In this document: positions 1 to 8,487 of the stretch, piece by piece
How positions within the stretch are numbered: position 1 is the stretch's first letter
Layout of the letters: each line of letters opens with the position of its first letter
Assembly: GCA_000990325.1 (NCBI GenBank)
Contig: LBPS01000001.1
Location: forward strand, 1 to 57,543
DNA: 57,543 bases
Reading direction: 5' to 3'
Source of the DNA: Candidatus Nomurabacteria bacterium GW2011_GWE2_34_25
GTDB taxonomy: Bacteria; Patescibacteriota; Minisyncoccia; Phycocordibacterales; UBA9973
Made by a program: the position numbers and the translations under genes
Notes under the pieces: generated by a model
The model's database searches: none
What the model was told of the DNA's origin: nothing
The model's input: only the letters and a program-made list of their open reading frames with translations

Positions 1-150
1 ATTGTGTAGCTCAATTGACTACACAATGGACATTGATTTTAAGTCCTAAAAGAAATCTGACAACAAGGGAAAGACCTGTAGGACGGAACAAAAGAAAGAA
101 TGTTTAAATTAAATGGATACGTTAGAGATACAAAATATATATAAAATAGA

Positions 151-203
151 AATCAAAATCTCCCTACCAGCATTTTTAAAATTGCGGTGGGGAGATTTTG
201 ATT
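151..203 (+). terminator. Terminator-like hairpin, probably ending a gene that lies upstream of the window
   Basis: Long imperfect inverted repeat aatcaaaatctccctacc...ggtggggagattttgatt followed by a T-run. Confidence 0.45.
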
Positions 204-281
204 TTATGCACATCAACTATTGTTTTGTTTAGTACTTTAATGATACAATAACAGAGTATTTATTATTATTCATTTAATTTT

Positions 282-1799
282 ATGACAACACCAGAACTTA
301 TACAATTTGTAAAAAATGAAATTACAGCTGGAGTAACTAAAGATATTATTACTAACAAGATGAAGGCACAGGGTTGGAGTGACTTTGATGTTATTGATGT
401 GTTCAATATAATTGAACAAAAAACACCTATGTTTAATCAAAAAGCTCAAGAACCTAAAGTATTATTTGTTCAATCAAAAAAGAAATCCTTTAAAGTTTTG
501 TTATTTATAATTATATTGTTACTTATCGTAGGTGGAGGATTTGTGGTATATGCATCAGGATATTTTCTATCTCCCTCTAGATTGTTCTCACAAGTCATCA
601 ATTCTTCAAGAGATACCAACGGAGTTAATATTGAGTTACAATTTTTAGTGGATGCTTCCTCATTGAAATCATCAGAAAACACACTTAAAAATATTTTTGG
701 GACAGATTTTAAAACCCTTAATTTTGACATGAAAGGTTCTTTTGATTTAAGTGATAAAGAGAATCTCAAATCAGATACAACTTTTTCTCTTAAATCTGGC
801 GACATAGAAGCGGTTATGAATTCTCGGGCTATTAATGGCTCGCTATATATAAATCTGATAAAAATTTCCAATATGGACTTTGTTTCTTTAAAGCCATTTG
901 AAAATAAATGGATTGTTTTTCCTCAGAAATCTAATCTAGGTCAGTTGAGTACTAATCCACTAATGGCTTCATCGGGCTTTGGATCAAAGTTGGTAAATGA
1001 TTTAACTGATGAACAGAAGAAAAATATTTATAATATTACAGATAAGGCTCAATTTATAAAAATTACCAAGAAGCACTTGCCAGAAGTTATAGAAGGATCC
1101 CTCTCTTATCATCTTGATTTTGATTTAGATCGTGAAGGAATAACATCTTATTTAAAAGAGGTTATTAATTATTTAAAAAGTATTGATTCCCATAACGAAT
1201 TAGCATCATTGAATGAATCTGATTATATAGATACTATGAAAGGATTAGAGAATTTTCATGGTGAGATGTGGGTTGGAATTTTAGATAATCTTCCTCATAA
1301 AATAATTGTAAGTGGAGATATCATAAATAAAGAAAAGCTAGAAGATGGGTCCGTGAAGCTATCAATGACTATGATTTATAGTAATTGGGATAAAGTTATG
1401 GATATAGAAGTTCCTAGTGGAAGTGTATCTTTCGAGGAATTGATGTCTTCATTGTTTGGAAGCAAGGCGATAATAAACAACACAGGAATTGAATCAAGAC
1501 CAGAAGATCCAGATGATCTTAGTAAAAAAAATATCATGAGTAATATAGCATTACAAGCCGACACATTTTATTTAAGCAATGATAATTCGTACAAAGGGTT
1601 TTGTCGAAATAAAACAAATGGAGCTTATCCTTTTGCTATAACATTATCTGCAAATAGTGTTTACAAATGCAATGACGAAGTAGAAGTATGGGCATCTGGA
1701 GTTCAGTTAAGTACTAAAGATTACTGGTGCGCAGACGCTACAGGTTTCGCAGGAGTTTCGAATTCTTTGCCCAAGGGGACATCTTGTCCGATCCAATAA
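282..1799 (+). CDS. Membrane-anchored hypothetical protein (N-terminal ~45-aa domain, one TM, large extracytoplasmic part with Cys-containing C-terminus)
   Basis: 505-aa ORF. TM helix FKVLLFIIILLLIVGGGFVVYA. The N-terminus resembles that of ORF 6321. The C-terminal ~80 aa contain paired Cys. No family recognised. Confidence 0.7.
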   Translation: MTTPELIQFVKNEITAGVTKDIITNKMKAQGWSDFDVIDVFNIIEQKTPMFNQKAQEPKVLFVQSKKKSFKVLLFIIILLLIVGGGFVVYASGYFLSPSRLFSQVINSSRDTNGVNIELQFLVDASSLKSSENTLKNIFGTDFKTLNFDMKGSFDLSDKENLKSDTTFSLKSGDIEAVMNSRAINGSLYINLIKISNMDFVSLKPFENKWIVFPQKSNLGQLSTNPLMASSGFGSKLVNDLTDEQKKNIYNITDKAQFIKITKKHLPEVIEGSLSYHLDFDLDREGITSYLKEVINYLKSIDSHNELASLNESDYIDTMKGLENFHGEMWVGILDNLPHKIIVSGDIINKEKLEDGSVKLSMTMIYSNWDKVMDIEVPSGSVSFEELMSSLFGSKAIINNTGIESRPEDPDDLSKKNIMSNIALQADTFYLSNDNSYKGFCRNKTNGAYPFAITLSANSVYKCNDEVEVWASGVQLSTKDYWCADATGFAGVSNSLPKGTSCPIQ

Positions 1800-1805
1800 A
1801 ACCCA

Positions 1806-1854
1806 AAAATCCCCACCAAGACTTTCTTGAGAAAGAATATCGGCGGGGATTTTT
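1806..1854 (+). terminator. Compound hairpin terminator after ORF 282..1799
   Basis: aaaaatccccacc...ggcggggattttt with inner ctttc/gaaag stem, followed by T-run. Confidence 0.6.
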
Positions 1855-1858
1855 GTTA

Positions 1859-1929
1859 TGTGTTTTAGTCAGCGGGTGCTAACCTCCAACACAATTGCAT
1901 ATGTGAGTGCAGCCGCTGACTGAAACACA
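1859..1929. other. Isolated 17-bp stem with ~37-nt loop between two terminators; function unknown
   Basis: tgtgttttagtcagcgg (1859-1875) pairs with ccgctgactgaaacaca (1913-1929). The single non-Watson-Crick position is U.G on the + strand. Confidence 0.3.
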
Positions 1930-1973
1930 CAACGACTGCTTAAAATATTATATATTATATTAGTATAAAATAC

Positions 1974-2003
1974 AAAACCCCTCCGATTGCTCGGAGGGGT
2001 TTT
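1974..2003. terminator. Perfect 13-bp GC-cored hairpin (terminator-like) with no obvious gene to terminate
   Basis: aaaacccctccga ttgc tcggaggggtttt. Confidence 0.4.
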
Positions 2004-2126
2004 GCTATGCAATTGTGTAAGTCAAAGTAATTCTAGGACTTAACGTTGGAACTTAATCTCACTAAGCATAGTATAGCAAATATAAGTTCTATTGTCAAGT
2101 TCTACTGCTTCTGATATAGTATATAA

Positions 2127-2438
2127 GGTTTGTATTGGATGGATGCGCCTGCCTTATCGGTGGGTGAGGAAAGTCCGGGCACATATTCAAGCATTGCTTG
2201 ATTAAACGTAGCGGGTAATACCCGTCGCCTGTAAGGGTAGAGTTGCGAACAGAGACGAGCTGCAACATTAATGAAAATTAGTGTTCGGGTGAAACGGCAA
2301 AATACTTACGCGTGTGCAAGATCGTACTAGATGAGCAATCATCTTTTGAATCGCTTGAGGTGTAGAGTAATTTACATCCTAGATAAATATCTATTACCCT
2401 AGCAATAGGGAACAGAACCCGGCTTATAGATACAAACC
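2127..2438 (+). ncRNA. rnpB: RNase P RNA (bacterial type, compact ~310 nt)
   Basis: Universal P4 strands GAGGAAAGTCCGGGC (2166-2180) and ACAGAACCCGGCTTA (2412-2426). GGGTGAAACGG element present. P1 pairing ggtttgtat (2127-2135) / atacaaacc (2430-2438). Ends are approximate. Confidence 0.9.
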
Positions 2439-2446
2439 AAATATAT

Positions 2447-2486
2447 GAAAAACACCTTGTCCAAAGCATGGTGTTTTTCATTTTTT
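2447..2486 (+). terminator. Intrinsic terminator of rnpB
   Basis: gaaaaacacc ... ggtgtttttc stem followed by tttttt. Confidence 0.7.
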
Positions 2487-2853
2487 AAAAATACAGAATT
2501 AAAATGTTCTCGAGGGAACCCTTTCGCAGACCGACGGGGCGAGAAGAGCAAAATTTCAGCAGAAATTTTGATTCAGCAGAATCACCTAAGGGATAAAATA
2601 GTAGGTCCGAAAATATTTTAATGTAGTATTTTTATTTTCAAATAAATAAAATAAAATTTTTCACAAAAAATATTTTTTTGAAAAAGAAAAAAGTTATCCA
2701 CACATTTTGTTGAAAAAGTATTGCAGTTATTTCTTTTATGTTAGATAATATATGTGTGAGTGTGATTAATTTTTTTTACAAAAATATTTTTTTATAAATT
2801 TTGTAAGGTCGTGAAGTCACACATCTTTTAAAAATAATTAATTTTTTAAATAT

Positions 2854-2949
2854 ATGGCAGCAAAAAAGAAGGCTAAGAAAGCAGTTAAAAAAGTAGCTAA
2901 GAAAGCAGTTAAAAAAGTAGCTAAAAAGGCTAAGAAAGGAAAGAAGTAA
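2854..2949 (+). CDS. 31-aa lysine/alanine-rich basic peptide (histone-H1-like composition)
   Basis: ATG..TAA ORF below the track cutoff: MAAKKKAKKAVKKVAKKAVKKVAKKAKKGKK. It contains a perfect 24-bp tandem duplication (2872-2895 and 2896-2919) and is followed by its own hairpin terminator. Confidence 0.5.
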   Translation: MAAKKKAKKAVKKVAKKAVKKVAKKAKKGKK

Positions 2950-2972
2950 TTCTACCCTCACTTAATTTTTTA

Positions 2973-3002
2973 AGAAAATCCCCTCTCTATCGGGGATTTT
3001 CT
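2973..3002 (+). terminator. Hairpin terminator after the K/A-rich small ORF
   Basis: agaaaatcccc tctctatc ggggattttct followed by T-run. Confidence 0.6.
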
Positions 3003-3025
3003 TTTTGTGGTAAAATGAGCAATAT

Positions 3026-5497
3026 ATGAGTATATTAGAAAACATATTAGGAAATGAGAACGATAGGCAAGTAAGGAAATGGAGGCCTATAGTTGATAAG
3101 ATAAACGCATTAGAGCCTACAATGAAAGAATTGTCAGATGGGGATTTTGTTGCTAAAACTCAACAATTAAAAGATAAACTATCTCAAGGAAAAACCTTAG
3201 ATGACATTTTGCCAGAGGCTTTTGCTGCTGTGAGAGAAGCTTCTGTCCGAACATTTAGTCTCAGGCCTTATGATGTTCAAATGATCGGAGGCATTGCTCT
3301 TCACAATGGAGGTATTGCTGAAATGCGTACAGGTGAAGGTAAGACTCTTATGGCGACTCTACCCGCATATTTAAACTCTCTAACTGAACAAGGAGTTCAC
3401 ATTGTTACGGTGAACGATTATCTTTCTCGTCGTGATGCTGTCTGGATGGGTCCTCTTTTTGCAACTCTCGGCATTAGTTGTGCAGTTGTAAATTCTGAGA
3501 ATAAATCTTATATATATGACCCCACACATCAAGACAAAGAAAGTGAAGTAGGAGGAGAGATTAGTTCCTTTAAGGTCCAGTATGAATTTCTTAGACCTTG
3601 TTCTCGTAGAGATGCCTATGCTTGTGATATAACATATGGAACCAATAACGAATTCGGCTTTGATTTCTTGCGTGATAATCTAGCCAACAGTATTGGAGAT
3701 GTAGTTCAAAGGGGGCACCACTTTGCTATTGTTGACGAAGTCGACTCTATTTTGATAGATGAGTCTCGTACCCCACTCATTATTTCTTCAGCAGCAGAAG
3801 ATTCTGAAGATTTATATTATACATTTGCAGACATTGCTAAAAATTTAAAGAAAGATGAGGATTATGGTGTGGACGAGAAGCTCAAAGCAATTTCACTAAC
3901 AGATCAAGGTATTACAAAGGCTGAAGATTTACTTGGAATTAAAGATATATATACCCAGAAGGGTATTAAGTACGTTCATCATTTAGAGACAGCAGTTAAG
4001 GCCAGAGCATTATATGAGAATAATAAAGACTATGTTGTCAAAGATGGCGAGGTTATTATTGTCGATGCTTTCACTGGACGTATGCAGCCTGGAAGACGCT
4101 GGAGTGAGGGTCTTCATCAGGCCATTGAAGCTAAAGAAGGAGTAAAGATTGAGAAGGAGACTAGGGCTGTAGCTTCTATTACCTTTCAAAATTATTTCCG
4201 TTTTTATAAGAAGCTTTCAGGAATGACAGGGACAGCTGAAACTTCAAAGGAAGAATTTTTTAAAGTTTATGGACTAAATGTTATTGTTGTGCCAACTCAC
4301 AAAAATATCAATAGAATAGATCTAAACGATTTAATTTATCAAACAGAAAAAAGTAAGTTATTAGCTGTCTCTGGGAAAGTTAAAGAGCTCCACCTGAAAG
4401 GTCAGCCAGTCCTTATCGGTACTGTTTCAATAGAGAAAAATGAACTTCTTTCAGCCTATCTAACACAAGCTGGTGTCCCTCATACAGTCTTAAATGCCAA
4501 GAACCATGAACGTGAAGGAGAAATAATTGCCAATGCTGGACGGCTGGGGGCGGTCACCGTTGCGACCAACATGGCTGGACGCGGAGTGGATATCAAGCTA
4601 GGAGGCGTACCTTTTAAATATGAAGCATATGAAGAAGTGAAAGCTTTAGGAGGGCTTTTCGTCTTAGGTACGGAGCGTCATGAAGCTCGTCGCATAGATA
4701 ACCAGCTCCGAGGTCGTTCCGGACGTCAGGGCGATCCAGGAGAAACTCAATTTTATGTATCACTTGAAGATGATCTAATGCGTATTTTCGGATCCGACAG
4801 ATTGAAGAATATGATGGGCAAGCTCGGTATTCCCGAAGATCAACCAGTAGAGAATCGTTTTATATCAAATGCTATCGAAAGTGCTCAGGCCAAGATAGAA
4901 GGCTTTCACTTTGATTCTCGTAAACATACACTTGAATACGACAATGTCATGAATCACCAGAGAAATGTTATTTATAGTAGAAGGAGAGCCATGCTAGCTG
5001 GGGATTATGAAAAAATACAAGAATTCTTAGATGAGCTTGTAATTCTATACCCAAAGCTAATTGATATTATAAAAGAAAAGCGTCTTGCAGTAGGGGATGC
5101 TACTTTCTTTGAAACAGTTAGACGCATTATTCTATATATCACAGACAATCTATGGATAGAGCATCTAGAAACTATGGAGTACACTCGTTCTTCTGTGAAT
5201 TTACGTGCCTATGGTCAGAGAGAACCTTTGATAGAATACAAGAAAGAAGGACTCAGGCTTTTCAAAGAAATGGAAGTAATTTTTAAAGAACAGGTATCAT
5301 CTCTAATATCTACAATGAATGTGGGAGTTGAGAGATCTGACGAACAAGTTGTAGAAGAAAAGCAATCCTTAATCTTGAGTTCTAGTGAGTCAGGTGAAGG
5401 AACAACAAAAAGAGAAAGTCCTAAAATCGGCCGCAACGACCTCTGTCCTTGTGGCTCTGGCAAGAAGTATAAAGTCTGCCATGGAAAAGATAAATAA
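3026..5497 (+). CDS. secA: Preprotein translocase ATPase SecA
   Basis: 823 aa. Motor motifs MRTGEGKTL and DEVDSILIDE. C-terminal zinc-binding tail CPCGSGKKYKVCHG. Confidence 0.97.
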   Translation: MSILENILGNENDRQVRKWRPIVDKINALEPTMKELSDGDFVAKTQQLKDKLSQGKTLDDILPEAFAAVREASVRTFSLRPYDVQMIGGIALHNGGIAEMRTGEGKTLMATLPAYLNSLTEQGVHIVTVNDYLSRRDAVWMGPLFATLGISCAVVNSENKSYIYDPTHQDKESEVGGEISSFKVQYEFLRPCSRRDAYACDITYGTNNEFGFDFLRDNLANSIGDVVQRGHHFAIVDEVDSILIDESRTPLIISSAAEDSEDLYYTFADIAKNLKKDEDYGVDEKLKAISLTDQGITKAEDLLGIKDIYTQKGIKYVHHLETAVKARALYENNKDYVVKDGEVIIVDAFTGRMQPGRRWSEGLHQAIEAKEGVKIEKETRAVASITFQNYFRFYKKLSGMTGTAETSKEEFFKVYGLNVIVVPTHKNINRIDLNDLIYQTEKSKLLAVSGKVKELHLKGQPVLIGTVSIEKNELLSAYLTQAGVPHTVLNAKNHEREGEIIANAGRLGAVTVATNMAGRGVDIKLGGVPFKYEAYEEVKALGGLFVLGTERHEARRIDNQLRGRSGRQGDPGETQFYVSLEDDLMRIFGSDRLKNMMGKLGIPEDQPVENRFISNAIESAQAKIEGFHFDSRKHTLEYDNVMNHQRNVIYSRRRAMLAGDYEKIQEFLDELVILYPKLIDIIKEKRLAVGDATFFETVRRIILYITDNLWIEHLETMEYTRSSVNLRAYGQREPLIEYKKEGLRLFKEMEVIFKEQVSSLISTMNVGVERSDEQVVEEKQSLILSSSESGEGTTKRESPKIGRNDLCPCGSGKKYKVCHGKDK

Positions 5498-5509
5498 TAA
5501 CTAAAATTC

Positions 5510-5530
5510 CCCAAAGGCCCGGCCTTTGGG
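5510..5530. repeat. Palindrome family A, copy 1 (between secA and HUH gene 1)
   Basis: cccaaaggc ccg gcctttggg: 9-bp GC-rich stem in AT-rich DNA. The same sequence occurs at 5829 and 6251. Confidence 0.9.
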
Positions 5531-5559
5531 AAATTTTGATAGGGTGATATAATATAAAA

Positions 5560-6300
5560 ATGAGTATTCGTAAAACAACACTTGTTGAAGGTGAATATTA
5601 TCATGTCTACAACAGGGGTAATGGTAAACAGAAAATATTTTTAGATGATGAAGACTATGAACGTTTTATAAAACTTTTGTATATTTGTAATTCAGAAAAG
5701 AAAATAAATTTTCGAGAAGAAATAGTAAATAAAAATATTGATGCTTTTGAGTTTAAAAGAGGTCAACAGATTGTATCTATGGGTGCATGGGTTCTAATGC
5801 CTAATCATTTTCATGTCTACATTACAATCCCCAAAGGCCCGGCCTTTGGGGAAAATAAGAAAGAAGAAAAAAATAGTTTAAATACAATTTCATTATTTAT
5901 AAACAAAGTATGTACTTCCTATTCAATGTATTTTAATAGAAAATACAAGAGAACCGGATCTTTGTTTGAAGGGAGATTTAAATCTGTTCACATAAAGAAT
6001 GATAATCAGGCAAAGTATTTATTTTCTTATATACACTTAAATCCTATTAAATTAATTCAATCAGACTGGAAAGATATTGGAATTAAAAATAAAAAAGAAG
6101 CATTAGATTTTCTTGATAATTATAAATGGGGGAGTTATTTAGATTATTTATATATAGAACGCAAAGAGAGTAAAATATTAAACAGAGAGAATTTTTTGAA
6201 TTATTTTGATACGAAAGAGTTATTTCAAAAGGAAATACTAGAATGGATTTCCCCAAAGGCCCGGCCTTTGGGAGATTTAATGGATGATAAAATATTTTAA
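5560..6300 (+). CDS. HUH/Y1 transposase-like protein (RAYT / IS200-like, COG1943-type), paralog 1
   Basis: HUH motif MPNHFHVY and Tyr motif YIHLNPIKL. Paralogous to ORFs 12479 and 45232. The coding sequence contains two family-A palindromes, read as PKGPAFG and PKARPLG. Confidence 0.8.
   Translation: MSIRKTTLVEGEYYHVYNRGNGKQKIFLDDEDYERFIKLLYICNSEKKINFREEIVNKNIDAFEFKRGQQIVSMGAWVLMPNHFHVYITIPKGPAFGENKKEEKNSLNTISLFINKVCTSYSMYFNRKYKRTGSLFEGRFKSVHIKNDNQAKYLFSYIHLNPIKLIQSDWKDIGIKNKKEALDFLDNYKWGSYLDYLYIERKESKILNRENFLNYFDTKELFQKEILEWISPKARPLGDLMDDKIF
5829..5851. repeat. Palindrome family A, copy 2, inside the coding sequence just after the HUH motif
   Basis: ccccaaaggcccggcctttgggg, in frame (ITIPKGPAFGENKK). 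The corresponding segment is absent from paralog 2. Confidence 0.9.
6251..6272. repeat. Palindrome family A, copy 3, forming the C-terminal tail of HUH gene 1
   Basis: ccccaaaggcccggcctttggg. Paralog 2 ends at the equivalent of EWL/EWI, whereas this ORF reads on through the palindrome. Confidence 0.9.
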
Positions 6301-6320
6301 AGTGATATAATAAAAATATT

Positions 6321-7439
6321 ATGATAAATCAACAATTGTTAGATTTTATTAAACAACAATTATTAAAGGGGGTAGATAAAGAGACTATTACAAAAGAGTT
6401 GTTAGGGAGTGGGTGGCTTGAGCAAGATATAAATGAAGGATTTAATGCAATTAATACTCAAATGCAAGCTCCACAAAAGACACCAATGCCTTCTGTTGTT
6501 TCCATAAATACAAAAGAAAAATTAATTATCGAAAAAAAATCCTTCGTCCAGAAAATTAATTTATTTAATATATTTATGGCGATTGTTATGCTTTCTTTTA
6601 TTATTACCTCAAGTTATATAATTTCTGAAGTTGTATTCAATTTAAATAATAGTTTTGCGTACTCACTGCATGATCTTTATAGAATAGTACACTCTTTTAA
6701 TGGTATATTTTTTACTATAGGTTTAATATGTTTTATTTTGTATTTAATTATTTTTATTAGATTCAAATTTAAAAAAGATAGTATTAATATCATTAAAGCA
6801 AGGAAAAATTTTATTTGGTCAATAGTCTTGTTAATTATGTTAGTTCTTGAATATTTGATTCCGACCCTCTTTCTAAATTACGCTTATAAACCAGTTATAT
6901 ATCTATATCCCACTCAAACAAAAAATGTAAAAGTTGAACTAGATTATAAGGGTAAATTAATTGCTGATTATCCAGCGTATGATTATTCACAGAAAGGCTG
7001 GGCAGTAACCGCGTATCCAGATGGTAAAATAATTAATGGAGATGGAAAGGAATACAGTTATCTATTTTGGGAGGGGGAATCTTCTACTCCAATAAATTAT
7101 GACTTATCAACTGGTTTTGTTGTAAAAGGAGAAGATACGGTATCTTTCCTACAAGAAACCTTATCAAAAATAGGATTAACTCCAAAGGAATACAATGAGT
7201 TTATTGTCTACTGGTATCCGAAGATGAAGGACAATAAGTACAACCTAATTCACTTTGCTGATAAACAATACACCGACACAGCCCCTCTTACCATTACTCC
7301 TGGGCCAGACTCAATGTTGAGAGTGTTTATGGTATTTAAACAATTAAACAGGGGAATAGAAGTAAAACCTCAAGAAATTAAATCATTTAATCGTACAGGA
7401 TTCTCGGTAATAGAGTGGGGAGGTACAGAATTAAAATAA
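6321..7439 (+). CDS. Multi-pass membrane protein with C-terminal soluble domain, hypothetical
   Basis: 372-aa ORF. The N-terminal 45 aa resemble ORF 282. Several hydrophobic helices at 80-200 aa. No family recognised. Confidence 0.7.
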   Translation: MINQQLLDFIKQQLLKGVDKETITKELLGSGWLEQDINEGFNAINTQMQAPQKTPMPSVVSINTKEKLIIEKKSFVQKINLFNIFMAIVMLSFIITSSYIISEVVFNLNNSFAYSLHDLYRIVHSFNGIFFTIGLICFILYLIIFIRFKFKKDSINIIKARKNFIWSIVLLIMLVLEYLIPTLFLNYAYKPVIYLYPTQTKNVKVELDYKGKLIADYPAYDYSQKGWAVTAYPDGKIINGDGKEYSYLFWEGESSTPINYDLSTGFVVKGEDTVSFLQETLSKIGLTPKEYNEFIVYWYPKMKDNKYNLIHFADKQYTDTAPLTITPGPDSMLRVFMVFKQLNRGIEVKPQEIKSFNRTGFSVIEWGGTELK

Positions 7440-7829
7440 CTTTATTTTAAGTTAATACTTTAGAGTCAAGTATATTTAAGTTTAATATTTTAAAGAGATA
7501 TATCAAATATCCTTATAAATCAAGGTTTTTATAATACAGAAGGGGATTATTGTCAAAAATGGCAAGAAATCCTTGTATTTAGGGCTTATTTTGACACAGT
7601 AAATACAAGGTTGTCAATGAATAGTATACAAAATACCCTTATATAATAAGGGTATTTTGTATTTGACGAGTATGAAAGTTATGGTATAACCATTGACTTT
7701 TATATAGCTATGTGCTACTATATAGGAAGTTCCAAGTATATCGTCATTATAGATTGTATATAAGGAACTTTTTACTTTAGATCAAATCTTTGTAAAAAGA
7801 TAGATTCAAAGTAGAACCCTTAGGGGCGC

Positions 7830-8432
7830 TTGATGGCACGAACGCTATCAACTATGAGCAAACAAACAATAATACGTTACTTGCAGTCTATAGTAGCTAT
7901 TCCAATGTTAGCAGTGGCCATGCCACTTACAGGAATACAAAGCATACCAGACATGGCTCCAAGTATCGCAAATAGTGTTGAGGTTGCCGATTCTGTGATA
8001 ACCCCACAAGAAAAGGAGGATCTCAAAAAGAAAGCAGATGCTATTGATACATTCCTCACAAAACGCGGATCTGTGCTCGCTGGATATGGAGCTAAGTTCG
8101 TAGAGGAAGCAGAGAAGAATGATATTGACTGGCGTTTACTTGTTTCGATTTCAGGACGTGAGACAACTTTTGGAAGAAACATGTGTAAGAATCCAAAAGC
8201 TCCGAATAACCCATTTGGTTGGGGTTCATGTAAGATTGGCTTCAAGTCTATAGATGAAGCAATTGAGAAAGTTTCAGCAAGTCTTGGTGGTAACAGTGAA
8301 GGTACAGCCCGTCATTACACAGGTAAGACAACTCTTCAAATCTTGCGTAAATACAACTCAGTTATTCCTAACTATCCAAAAGAGGTAGAAAGACTAATGA
8401 ATATGATAAAAGTAGAAGAAGTTGTAAAATAA
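7830..8432 (+). CDS. Secreted putative peptidoglycan hydrolase (GH73 glucosaminidase-like)
   Basis: Signal/TM segment IVAIPMLAVAMPL. SGRETTFG and NNPFGWG resemble the glucosaminidase (A)LES..G / NN.FGIK motifs. TTG or ATG start. Confidence 0.5.
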   Translation: MMARTLSTMSKQTIIRYLQSIVAIPMLAVAMPLTGIQSIPDMAPSIANSVEVADSVITPQEKEDLKKKADAIDTFLTKRGSVLAGYGAKFVEEAEKNDIDWRLLVSISGRETTFGRNMCKNPKAPNNPFGWGSCKIGFKSIDEAIEKVSASLGGNSEGTARHYTGKTTLQILRKYNSVIPNYPKEVERLMNMIKVEEVVK

Positions 8433-8447
8433 TTTAGACATTAAAAT

Positions 8448-8479
8448 AAATAGCCCGCGACATACGTCGCGGGCTATTT
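8448..8479. terminator. Bidirectional terminator between ORF 7830 and dnaE
   Basis: aaatagcccgcgac atac gtcgcgggctattt: perfect 14-bp stem with A/T runs on both sides. Confidence 0.75.
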
Positions 8480-8487
8480 ATTTTCCA

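Noticed and set aside
2500-2620. Twin hairpins with CAGCAG loops (aatttcagcagaaatt and gattcagcagaatc), considered as SRP RNA, tmRNA or 6S RNA
   Set aside because: There is no match to the SRP helix-8 GGAAGCAGCC region or to tmRNA ends. The function is unknown and the evidence is too thin to call an RNA gene.
2694-2702. Perfect DnaA-box consensus TTATCCACA in the AT-rich rnpB-secA spacer (a second perfect box lies at 20029-20037 between the recombinase-upstream inverted repeats). Considered as a possible oriC
   Set aside because: These are only single isolated boxes, with no clustered boxes and no dnaA/dnaN nearby. About 0.7 chance occurrences are expected in 115 kb of two-strand AT-rich sequence by my rough estimate.
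2872-2919. 24-bp perfect tandem repeat, considered as a possible CRISPR or minisatellite
   Set aside because: There are only two units with no spacers, and the repeat is in frame inside a small ORF. No CRISPR array was seen anywhere in the window.
2776-2961. Minus-strand 61-aa ORF
   Set aside because: It is the antisense image of the K/A-rich + strand micro-ORF and its repeat. The + strand has the ATG, the tandem codon repeat and the terminator.
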